Source: Octopus sinensis (lineage: Eukaryota). From it: a stretch of 21,984 bases of DNA. Positions within the stretch are counted from its first letter, which is position 1, and each line of letters begins with the position of its first letter. Under the pieces are notes generated by a model. It saw nothing but the letters and a program-made list of their open reading frames with translations. It was not told the DNA's origin and ran no database searches. A program made the position numbers and the translations under genes. Shown here piece after piece: positions 13,130 to 21,147 of the stretch. The DNA lies in the NCBI RefSeq assembly GCF_006345805.1, contig NW_021836968.1, positions 1-21,984 of the forward strand, read 5' to 3'.

Positions 13130-13436
13130 TGCTTGTTTACACTTTTTCGAGATCAGTGACCTTTCGTCACCGGAAAAAAGATATATATGTTTGCATTGGG
13201 ACCTCTTCGCATCGAAGACCGATGATTGTCGTGCGCTGACGACGGGTAAATACCTAGAAACCCGAGTCCGTGCGTATCACGTCAGGTCGACGATGGGAAG
13301 GATGGCTTCTCTTTGCAAATACTGATAGGACACAGAAAGTGTGTCAATAGCCAGCTGGAGAAGATGTTCTCCCGGAGCTACACGCTACAGTAGCATCCAC
13401 TCTTAGAAGTTGGCCACATTTAAGTGGCAAATATAC

Positions 13437-13475
<39 letters not shown>

Positions 13476-15590
13476 ACACACACACACACACACAGACATA
13501 TATAGATGATATTTGTGTATCATATAAATAGCCACGCTAACGATAGATTTGAAATTTGTATTGATACAGACGGAGCGCATGTTGAAAGTTTTGAGTGAAG
13601 ATTTATAAATCTATTAGTTTTAGCATCATAGTTAAATAAGAGACACAATTCTGTCAGATTTTGGAAAAGAAATTGTCTGATTTCATTGAAATGGATGTTT
13701 AAATCTGACACACCCTTGTATTTTTATTGAACAAGATTATGACAACCAAGTCTCAATAAATTAACGTCGTGTTATTATGGTTAACGTTGCTCTGTTTAAA
13801 ATTACCTGTTTGTTTCCTGGGTCGTAACGGGGTCTTCGTTGCCTGATACCTTCGTTGTCATTTCCATTTCCATAGTGGAAGTGTGATTCCAATTACCACC
13901 TTGAGAACCATTGCTGGAACGAAAGATATATATATAATGTATGAATGAAAGAGCACGTGTGCATGTATGCATGTATGTATGTATGTATGTATGTATGTAT
14001 GTATGTATGTATGTATGTATGTATTGTATGTCGCATGCATATAATGTATGTATGTATGTATGTATGTATGCATGCATATACATGTATGCATGCATGTATG
14101 CATTTATGTATGCATGTATGCAGCATATATGTGTGTATGTATGTACGTACGTACGTAGCAATGCATATATACCTTATGTATTTTACTTTGTTCAGTCACT
14201 TGAATGCGGCTGTGCTGGAGCACCGGCATGAAGAGATTTTTAATTGAACAAATGGAATCAGGACTAATATTCGAACGGTGTATTTTACCGAATTTCTAAG
14301 ATAAGGGAATGTAAACACACCAACACCAGTTGTGAACGGCTGGTAGTGTGGGGACAAACGCAGACAGAAAGACATACACACACACATACACACACGCACA
14401 CACACTCAAACGCGCACACTCAGCGCGAGCGATATAACTTTAGAAGCTGTGACAAAGAGGGAGTGAGGTAAATATCGGGTGGGGAAAATTTCCCCATAAT
14501 TAAATCGAAAAATGCCAGAGGTATAGAAACTGAAAGATCTTTTCTGTTGCTGTCACAGGTTTTGAAATTTTAAAATCAAGTCAGAATTTTCCAATTTGTT
14601 ATATTGATGCACTTTTCCATTCTGAATCAGAGTTTGTGATTCATTTATTCCTGAGTGGTGACTGATAGAAATTGATTGATGGAGACAGAGAGAAGGGCTT
14701 TGTATGTATGTATGTATTTATGTATGTGTGTGTGTGTGTGTGTGTATGTATGTGTGTGTGTGTGTAAGTATATATGTATTTATGTAAGCATGTATGTATG
14801 TATGTATGTATGTATGCATGTAAGAATCTATGTATGCGTATGTTTGTATGTATGCATGCATGTATGTATGTATGTATGTATGCATGCATGTATGTATGCT
14901 CGTATGTACGTATGTATGTATGTATGGATGTATGGATGTATGTATGCATGCATGTACGTAAGTACGTATGTATGTATGGATGTATGGATGTATGTATGTA
15001 TGTACGCATGTACGTATGTACGTATGTATGTATGTATGTTTGTATGTATGTATGTATATATATGTTTGTATGTTTGTATGTATGTATGTATATATATGTT
15101 TGTATGTTTGTATGTATGTATGTATATATATGTTTGTATGTTTGTATGTATGTATCCATGCATGAATGCAAGCATGTATGTATGTATATATGTTTTTTTG
15201 TATGTATGTATGCATGCATGTATGTATGTATGTATGTATGTATGTATGTATGTGTATGTATGTATGTATGTAGTATGTATGTATGTATGTATGTATGTAT
15301 GTATGTATGCATCATTATGTATGTATGTTGTATGTATGTATGTATGTATGTATGTATGCATGTTATGTATGTATGTATGCATGTATACTTTATACCTTTT
15401 ACTTGTTTCAGTAATTTGAAGGCTTCTTTTATTGAAGGGTTTTTTTAATTGAATAAATCGAATTCAGATCTTATTTGTCGTCTATTATTCGAAGGGAGTA
15501 TTTTAGCGAACTTCTAAGATAAGGGAATGTAAACACACCAACACCAGTTGACAAGCGGTAGTAGTGAAGGGAGAAACAAAGACACAAAAG

Positions 15591-15635
<45 letters not shown>

Positions 15636-17201
15636 ATATACATTGACACACACAGACACACACCGACACACACACGCGCACAAACTCAACATAAGGAATA
15701 TAATTTTAGAGAGGGTGAGATAGAGAGAGTGAGGTAAATACATATAGTGTGAGGAAAAGTTAAATAAACAAAAAATAAATGTTCCTTCTCGAGCCATGCC
15801 AGGCTCATAAGGGCCGGTTTCCCGGTTTCAGTGGCGTAGAAATTCCCCACCTGGACTGGACGCCGGTCCATCGCAGCGTTACTCATTTTTGCCAGCTGAG
15901 TGGACTGGAGCAACGTGAAATGAAGTGTTTTGCATCACCCGGTCCAGGAATCGAAACCACAATCTTACGATCTGACACTATTGTGTCTGACACTATTGTG
16001 CATATCCTTCTTGCAAGGTTGAAGGGGATGTTTGTTTTAGTGTGCACAATAGTGTCAGAACAAAATACCAGGAACTTTAGACTGAAAGAACTCAAAAACA
16101 CCCTAATTGACAGACATTACCCAGCTCAACTCATAGAGGATGGGATCAGACGTGCAACAGAAAATCAACATAGAAACTTAAGAAAAGTTCAACACAACAA
16201 CACACCTTCCCCGAAAATATACCTTACATATCTACATACAAACCCCCAGAAACAAAGAAGCCTTCACCATCATCACCCAGAATTTACCAATACTTCATTA
16301 AAAAACCCCAAAAATTAAAGGAAATTCTAAACATACATCAAATCATTAAAAGCTACAAACAGCCTAAATCACTTAAAAAGATTCTCACCAAGGCAAAATT
16401 GTTTCTGAAATTACGGATGCAAAAGTAAAAAAAATGTGGTAGATCGAACTGTGCAACATGTCCTAACCTGCTAGAAGGATCAGAATTCCTCTTTAAAGAG
16501 GGACAGAAATTCAAGATCAAATCTAACTTTACTTGTGCCTCTGAAAACATAATTTATGTCATAAGATGCTCGGGCTGCCACCAAGACTACGTGGGTTCCA
16601 CGGGACTATCACTCAGACATAGATGCATACTGCATCGACAACAGATTGCTTTCCCAGAATATAGAATGATACCTTTAGTGAGCACATTGAGAAATGCGCA
16701 AAGCAACTACTACACAATTTTTAATCTTTCCATTTTACCAATGTGCTTTCGGATCATCAACACAAATTAGACTAAACAAGGAAAACATTCTTCATTGAAA
16801 AGTACAAGCCCAGACTCAACCATCCGAAACATACTGATACAGAGAAATTCACATTAGGGAAGGAAAAAAAATTTTAAGCGATTATCTCCCTTACACCGGA
16901 AGAAATCACCCACTACCTTCCCGTATTTAGAACTCTCCGGAGCTTAAACACAAGGATAACTCTATTAAAAATAACATAACGTCACAAGAAATTGAAAAGC
17001 TAAATGCGAAACCGGTCTTTCTTTAAAAATTATGTCATTATAAAGAAAAAAAAAAATTGTTTAAAAAATTTCTAATATTCTTCAGAACATATTGACGCAA
17101 ATATATATATTTTTAACATTTAAGCCTTCTGTCGTTTTTTCACTCTTTACTATTTTTTATATATTCACCCACGTGCTTCACAAACCAACTTTCTTATATA
17201 T

Positions 17202-17252
<51 letters not shown>

Positions 17253-17282
17253 CTATACACATATATATACTGTATATACATG

Positions 17283-17317
<35 letters not shown>

Positions 17318-17340
17318 TATTATATATTATATATATATAA

Positions 17341-17371
<31 letters not shown>

Positions 17372-17422
17372 GTATTATATATATCTTTTTCTATAATCTA
17401 TCTATCTATCTATCTATCCATC

Positions 17423-17488
<66 letters not shown>

Positions 17489-18053
17489 ATATATCCATCT
17501 ATTAATATATATTTATATTAGAAAAATACAAACTGGGACAAGAAAGTAAAACATTTAGAAGACGATACAAAAACATGGACGGACATTCGAAGGCTTCAAT
17601 CTTCAGTCAAGAACCGGATCATCCTAGCAATTTCGGCTGAATAGATCATATTTGTGTATAATCTACTTGTGCGTATATACATAGCAACGCTAACGATAGA
17701 TTTGAAAATTTGCAGTGATGCAGACAGAGCACATGTTGAATGTTTTGAGTGAAGATTCATAAATCTATTAGTTTTAATGTCATAAGAGACACAATTCTGT
17801 CAGATTTTGAAAAAGTAATTGCATGATTTCATTGAAATAGATGCTTAAATCTGGCACATCCTGTACATAACGGCGTTGTTTCATTAAATTAACGTCGTGT
17901 TATTATGGTTAACGTTGCTCTGTTTAAAATTACCTGTTTGTTTCCTGGGTGGTAACGGGGTCTTCGTTGCTGATACCTTCGTTGTCAATTTCCATTTCCA
18001 TAGTGGAAGTGTGATTCAATCACCATCTTCAGAACCATTGCTGAAACGAATTA

Positions 18054-18099
<46 letters not shown>

Positions 18100-19106
18100 A
18101 TATATATATATTATATATGTATTATATATATATATATATAATACATGTATAAAATGAAAGTGCACGTGTGCTGCATACATGTATGTAGTATGCATGCATG
18201 TGTGTGTATGTATGTATGTATATATGAATTTATGTATCTATGCATGCATGCATGTATGGATGGATGGATGGATGGATGCATGTATATATATGTATGCATG
18301 CATGTATGTATGCATATATGTATGTATGTATGCATGCATGTATGTGTGTATGTATATATGTATGTATGTATTTATGTATGTATGTATGCATGCATGCATG
18401 TATGTATGAATGGATGGATGCATGAATGCCATCAACTATGCATGTTTGTATGTATGTATGTATGTATGTGAGTGTGTATATATGTATGTTTGTATGTGTG
18501 TATGTATGAATGTATTCATGCATGTGCGTACGTATGTATGTATGCATGCGTGCGTGTGTGTGTGTATGTATTTATGTATGTATGAATTTATGCATCTATG
18601 CATGCATGCATGTATGTATGTATACATTTATGTATGCATGTATGTACGTTTGTATGTATGTATGTATGTATGTATGTATATATGTATGTATGTATGTATG
18701 TATCTATGCATGTACGCATGTATGCATGTATATATGTAAGTATGTATGTATGTTTGTATGTATGTATGTATGTATGTATATATGCATGTGTGTGTGTGTA
18801 TGTATGTATGTATGTATGTATGTATGTATGTATATATGCATGTGTGTGTGTGTATGTATGTATGTATGTATGTATGTATGTATGTATGTATGTATGTATG
18901 TATGTATGTATGTATGTCTGAGTGCATATATACTTTATACCTTTTACTTGTTTCAGTAATTTCAAGGCTTCTGTTATTGAAGGGTTTATTTTAATTGAAT
19001 AAATCGAAATATTTTCGGGGGAAAAACACACATGTATACCATATACAGACGCATTTCTCTTCTACACACGCACACACACACACACACACACCACACACAC
19101 ACACAC

Positions 19107-19141
<35 letters not shown>

Positions 19142-20244
19142 GTGCACACACATGTACACACACAAACACACAATAGAGTCGAGGCTGAAGCAGAAAATAA
19201 TGCAATTCAAATTAGTTTTTGGCTCATCTTCGTTTATTCAGAGCTGAGTCAAAAACTGATGCAAATATAAGCTACATAACCTTCTTATATATTCTCGTGT
19301 ACTTATGTGAGTGTAAATAGCTATATGTATATGTATATACGTGAAGATGTGAGACGTGTTATTTGGGTATTGGGTTAATGATCGTAAAGTTGTGAGTTCG
19401 ATTCCCGGTGGCGTGTTGTGACACTTTCTAATTGCTCCAGTTCAATTGGGTGACAAAAATGTGTTGCAACTATATTTCGAAGAGCCAGCCTTGTCACAGT
19501 CTGTTTCACGCTGAATCTCTCTGAGAATTTCGTGAAGATTTCACGTGTCTATGGAGAGCCTGCCTCTTGCATATTATTTTGAAGAGGAAGCTATTCCGTT
19601 GAACGTATCAACTGGAATCATGAACATCATAAACAATAGTGTGCCAGTTTCGGAATATATGCCCACGTGAATGTGTGTCAGAGTGTCAGAGTGTGTGTGT
19701 GTGTGTGTGTGTGCGTACAAGTATTCACATGCACACATGATCACCTGCACGCATGCACACACACGCATTATCTCCCTCCCCCTTCTCTCTCTCACACACA
19801 CACATACATATATATAATAGATGATATTTGTGTATTAGATACATGTGCGTATATACAGAGGAACGCTCACGATAGATTTCTAATTTGCAGTGATATAGAC
19901 GGAGCATATGTTGAAAGTTTTGACGTAAGATTTATAAATCTATTAGATTTAATATCATAGTTAAATATGAGACACACGATTCAGTCAGATTTTGAAAAAG
20001 TAATTGCCTGATTTCATTGAAATGGATGTTTAAACCTGACACACCCTTGTATTTTTATTGAACAAGATTATGACGACCAAGTCTCATTAAATTAATGTAA
20101 TGTCACTATGGTTAACTTTACTCTGGTTAACATTACCTGTTTGTTCCTGTGGTCGTAACGGGGTCTTCGTTGCCTGATACCTTCGTTGTCATTTCCATTT
20201 CCAAAGTAGAAGTCTGATTCCAATCACTACCTTGAGAACCATTG
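4595..20244 (-). CDS. Multi-exon gene segment encoding a tandem ~59-aa Ser/Thr/Asn-rich, sequon-rich (mucin-like/glycoprotein stalk) repeat; N-terminus outside window
   Basis: 15 repeated exons with conserved AG/GT sites, all phase 2-2, 1317 nt in total. Consensus repeat [59 protein letters not shown]. Exon lengths are conserved while flanking introns carry indels. Confidence 0.75.
4859..4936 (-). CDS. Exon A1 (78 nt, divergent): [24 protein letters not shown], in-frame TAG at 4888-4890
   Basis: Same acceptor (ctattcgtttcag) and donor (gtaatt) context as other A exons; length is a multiple of 3; internal 15-nt triplication. Confidence 0.55.
4990..5575. repeat. (TATG)n/(CATG)n compound microsatellite
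   Basis: Direct inspection. Confidence 0.95.
5583..5770 (-). mobile_element. Decayed 3' half of the 2613-3080 SINE family (intron component of the repeat unit)
   Basis: ttttactttgttcagtcatttga...gtaaacacaccaacacc...gggacaaa matches the reverse complement of ~2875-3065. Confidence 0.7.
5880..6690. repeat. Degenerate CA/CG-rich simple repeat without stable period
   Basis: Direct inspection; may be poor consensus sequence. Confidence 0.85.
6731..7134. mobile_element. MITE-like element with 30-bp TIRs (28/30 match) in the intron next to exon A2
   Basis: GGGATCTTTTCGGTTTGAACGGCAGTTTTT (6731-6760) versus AAAAACTGCCGTTCAAACAGAAAAAATCCC (7105-7134); absent from the paralogous introns. Confidence 0.85.
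7196..7303 (-). CDS. Exon A2 (108 nt): [35 protein letters not shown]
   Basis: ctattcgttccag acceptor, gtaatt donor, open in phase 2. Confidence 0.7.
7323..7462 (+). mobile_element. 3' tail fragment of an old SINE (same family as 19341 and 20809)
   Basis: aatctctctgagaa...ccgttgaacgtatcaactggaatc...cgtaaccgac aligns with ~19510-19645 and ~21010-21145. Confidence 0.7.
7590..8120. repeat. (TA)n-rich microsatellite containing three copies of TAAATAGATGACATTT (7843, 7941, 8093)
   Basis: Direct inspection. Confidence 0.9.
8150..8218 (-). CDS. Exon B3 (69 nt): [22 protein letters not shown]
   Basis: ctaatag acceptor, gttagc donor, open in phase 2. Confidence 0.7.
8414..8521 (-). CDS. Exon A3 (108 nt): [35 protein letters not shown]
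   Basis: ttcgtttcag acceptor, gtaatt donor. Strongly diverged but same length and no stop. Confidence 0.75.
8633..8848 (-). mobile_element. Decayed SINE 3' half (repeat-unit component)
   Basis: Homologous to 5583-5770. Confidence 0.65.
9451..9758 (+). ncRNA. Structured ~300-nt cassette, copy 1, with type I hammerhead ribozyme fold at 9543-9599
   Basis: CTGACGA 9556-9562; stem II GGGT/ACCT; GAAAC-CCGA-GTC 9577-9588; stem I CGTGCG/CGTGCG (two G-U pairs) extended by TGATT/AATCA; five further hairpins in the cassette. Confidence 0.65.
9858..9926 (-). CDS. Exon B4 (69 nt): [22 protein letters not shown]
   Basis: ctaatag acceptor, gttagc donor, open. Confidence 0.7.
10121..10228 (-). CDS. Exon A4 (108 nt): [35 protein letters not shown]
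   Basis: ctattcgttccag acceptor, gtaatt donor, open. Confidence 0.75.
10391..10590 (-). mobile_element. Decayed SINE 3' half (repeat-unit component)
   Basis: Homologous to 5583-5770. Confidence 0.65.
11215..11523 (+). ncRNA. Structured cassette copy 2, hammerhead fold at 11307-11363 (GUU cleavage triplet)
   Basis: Same motifs as copy 1: CTGACGA 11320-11326, GAAA 11341-11344, GTT 11350-11352. Confidence 0.55.
11658..11726 (-). CDS. Exon B5 (69 nt): [22 protein letters not shown]
   Basis: ctaatag acceptor, gttagc donor, open. Confidence 0.7.
11922..12029 (-). CDS. Exon A5 (108 nt): [35 protein letters not shown]
   Basis: ctattcgttccag acceptor, gtaatt donor, open. Confidence 0.75.
12302..12500 (-). 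mobile_element. Decayed SINE 3' half (repeat-unit component)
   Basis: Near-identical to 10391-10590. Confidence 0.65.
13131..13439 (+). ncRNA. Structured cassette copy 3, hammerhead fold at 13223-13279 (GUC triplet)
   Basis: CTGACGA 13236-13242, GAAA 13257-13260, GTC 13266-13268. Confidence 0.6.
13542..13610 (-). CDS. Exon B6 (69 nt): [22 protein letters not shown]
   Basis: ctaatag acceptor, gttagc donor, open. Confidence 0.7.
13806..13913 (-). CDS. Exon A6 (108 nt): [35 protein letters not shown]
   Basis: ctttcgttccag acceptor, gtaatt donor, open. Confidence 0.75.
14180..14378 (-). mobile_element. Decayed SINE 3' half (repeat-unit component)
   Basis: Near-identical to 10391-10590. Confidence 0.65.
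14700..15385. repeat. (TATG)n compound microsatellite
   Basis: Direct inspection. Confidence 0.95.
15396..15596 (-). mobile_element. Decayed SINE 3' half (closest to the 8633-8848 copy)
   Basis: Shares gaattcagatcttatttgtcgtctattattcgaaggg-type sequence with ~8708-8750. Confidence 0.65.
15775..15970 (-). mobile_element. tRNA-derived SINE, head truncated by the Penelope-like insertion; central domain resembles a Meta-type SINE domain (tentative)
   Basis: Minus strand: B-box GGTTTCGATTCC, then ttgctccagtccactcagctggcaaaaatgagt, gcgatggaccggcgtccagtccagg...gaaaccggg, and a T-rich end. Domain name is from memory and unverified. Confidence 0.65.
15971..17090 (+). mobile_element. 5'-truncated Penelope-like retroelement: RT C-terminal region, Cys-rich linker, GIY-YIG endonuclease, 3' pLTR-like region
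   Basis: Frameshifted translation: ([10 protein letters not shown])CTIVSE...[26 protein letters not shown]...[16 protein letters not shown]...[10 protein letters not shown]...[35 protein letters not shown]...[14 protein letters not shown] is a GIY-YIG variant; the Cys-rich linker is typical of Neptune-type PLEs (established knowledge). Confidence 0.85.
16986..17023 (+). ncRNA. Minimal type I hammerhead ribozyme (U3-A8 core variant) in the PLE 3' region
   Basis: AAGAAA-TTGAAAA-GC(TAAAT)GC-GAAAC-CG-GTC-TTTCTT: perfect 6-bp stem I, canonical G-C stem II base, palindromic ACCGGT stem III; predicted cleavage after 17017. Confidence 0.75.
17185..17515. repeat. (TA)n/(TCTA)n microsatellite
   Basis: Direct inspection. 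Confidence 0.95.
17516..17645. other. Unassigned ~130-bp inserted segment between the (TA)n tract and resumed intron sequence; probable interspersed-repeat fragment
   Basis: No counterpart in other repeat units; host intron homology resumes at tagat(c/g)atatttgtgtat near 17642. Confidence 0.4.
17695..17764 (-). pseudogene. Exon B7 (70 nt; +1 homopolymer insertion, pseudo-exon or sequencing error)
   Basis: Splice sites intact; tttgaaaatttg here versus tttgaaatttg in other copies. Confidence 0.55.
17934..18040 (-). pseudogene. Exon A7 (107 nt; three 1-bp indels, pseudo-exon or sequencing error)
   Basis: Splice sites intact; the first deletion gives NGSEDGD* in frame. Confidence 0.55.
18058..18920. 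repeat. (TA)n then (TATG)n compound microsatellite
   Basis: Direct inspection. Confidence 0.95.
19341..19650 (+). mobile_element. Old tRNA-derived SINE
   Basis: B-box GAGTTCGATTCC at 19394-19405; tail homologous to ~21640-21801. Confidence 0.7.
19871..19939 (-). CDS. Exon B8 (69 nt): [22 protein letters not shown]
   Basis: ctaatag acceptor; canonical gtgagc donor at the position where other copies have gttagc, which supports the boundary. Confidence 0.75.
20137..20244 (-). CDS. Exon A8 (108 nt): [35 protein letters not shown]
   Basis: ctattcgttccag acceptor, gtaatg donor, open; compensating -1/+1 indel pair near the 3' end. Confidence 0.75.
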
Positions 20245-20546
20245 CTGGAACGAATAGATATATATATACATGTATGAATAAAAGCGCACGTGTGCATGCA
20301 TGCATGTATGTATGTATGCATGTATGCATGCATGTATGTATGTATGCATGTATGTATGTATGTATGCATATATACTTTATACCTTTACTTGTTTCAGTAA
20401 TTTCAAGGCTTCTGTTTCAGTAATTTCAAGGCTTCTGTTTGAAGGGTTTTTAATTGAATTGAATAAATCGAATTCAGGACTTATTTTTTTGGTAGTAAGG
20501 GTAAAACACACATGTATAACCATATATATATAACGCACATGTCTAT

Positions 20547-20582
<36 letters not shown>

Positions 20583-20663
20583 ACACACACACACACATAC
20601 ACACATATACAAACACAAACACACGCACACACGCACACATACATACACACACACATACACACA

Positions 20664-20714
<51 letters not shown>

Positions 20715-20808
20715 AATATAAACGAGGTTGAAGCAATGTGACCGAAATTAGTTATTGACTCGTCATCGTTTATTCAAAGCTGAGTCAAAAACTGATGCAA
20801 ATATAACA

Positions 20809-21147
20809 GTGAAGGGTGTGAAGGTGTGAGATTTGTGATTTGAGTATACGGTTAACGATCGTACAGTTGTGAGTTCGATTCCCGGCGGCGCGCGCTGTGA
20901 CCTTGACAGACACACTTTGCTTTGACATTGCTTCACTTCACTTGGCTGAGAAAAATGAGAGTGTAACTATATTTCGAAGAGCCAGCCTTTGTCTTCACTC
21001 TGTTTCACGCTGAAATCTCTCTGAGAATACGTGAAGATTCCACGTGTCTATGGAGAGCCCTGCCACTTGCATATTATTTTGAAGAGGAAGCTATTCCGTT
21101 GAACGTATCAACGGGAATCCTGAAGTCATAACCGATAGCGTCACAGT
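20809..21147 (+). mobile_element. Old tRNA-derived SINE, paralog of 19341-19650 copied with the repeat unit
   Basis: B-box GAGTTCGATTCC at 20871-20882; same flanking block (gagtcaaaaactgatgcaaatataa) and same tail. Confidence 0.7.

Larger units (their letters stand above)
9021..14653. repeat. Young tandem array, about three units of 1.75-1.9 kb, each with exon pair, SINE remnant, microsatellites and hammerhead cassette
   Basis: ACAGGTTTTGAAATTTTAAAATC starts at 9021, 10767, 12678 and 14555; units are near-identical outside the microsatellites. Confidence 0.95.

Noticed and set aside
9021-14653. CRISPR-like or other prokaryotic array
   Set aside because: Units are kilobase-scale eukaryotic exon/intron duplications, not short repeats with unique spacers; no cas genes.
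17560-17645. Minus-strand CTGAAGA...CGAAT and GCCGAAATTGCTA as a third hammerhead
   Set aside because: GAAA is not matched after CTGAAGA, and I could not form stems I or II.
19205-19272. Conserved block aattagtt...gagtcaaaaactgatgcaaatataa (also ~5838-5878 and ~20747-20808) as an exon
   Set aside because: Both candidate acceptors give immediate in-frame stops in phase 2; treated as duplicated intron.
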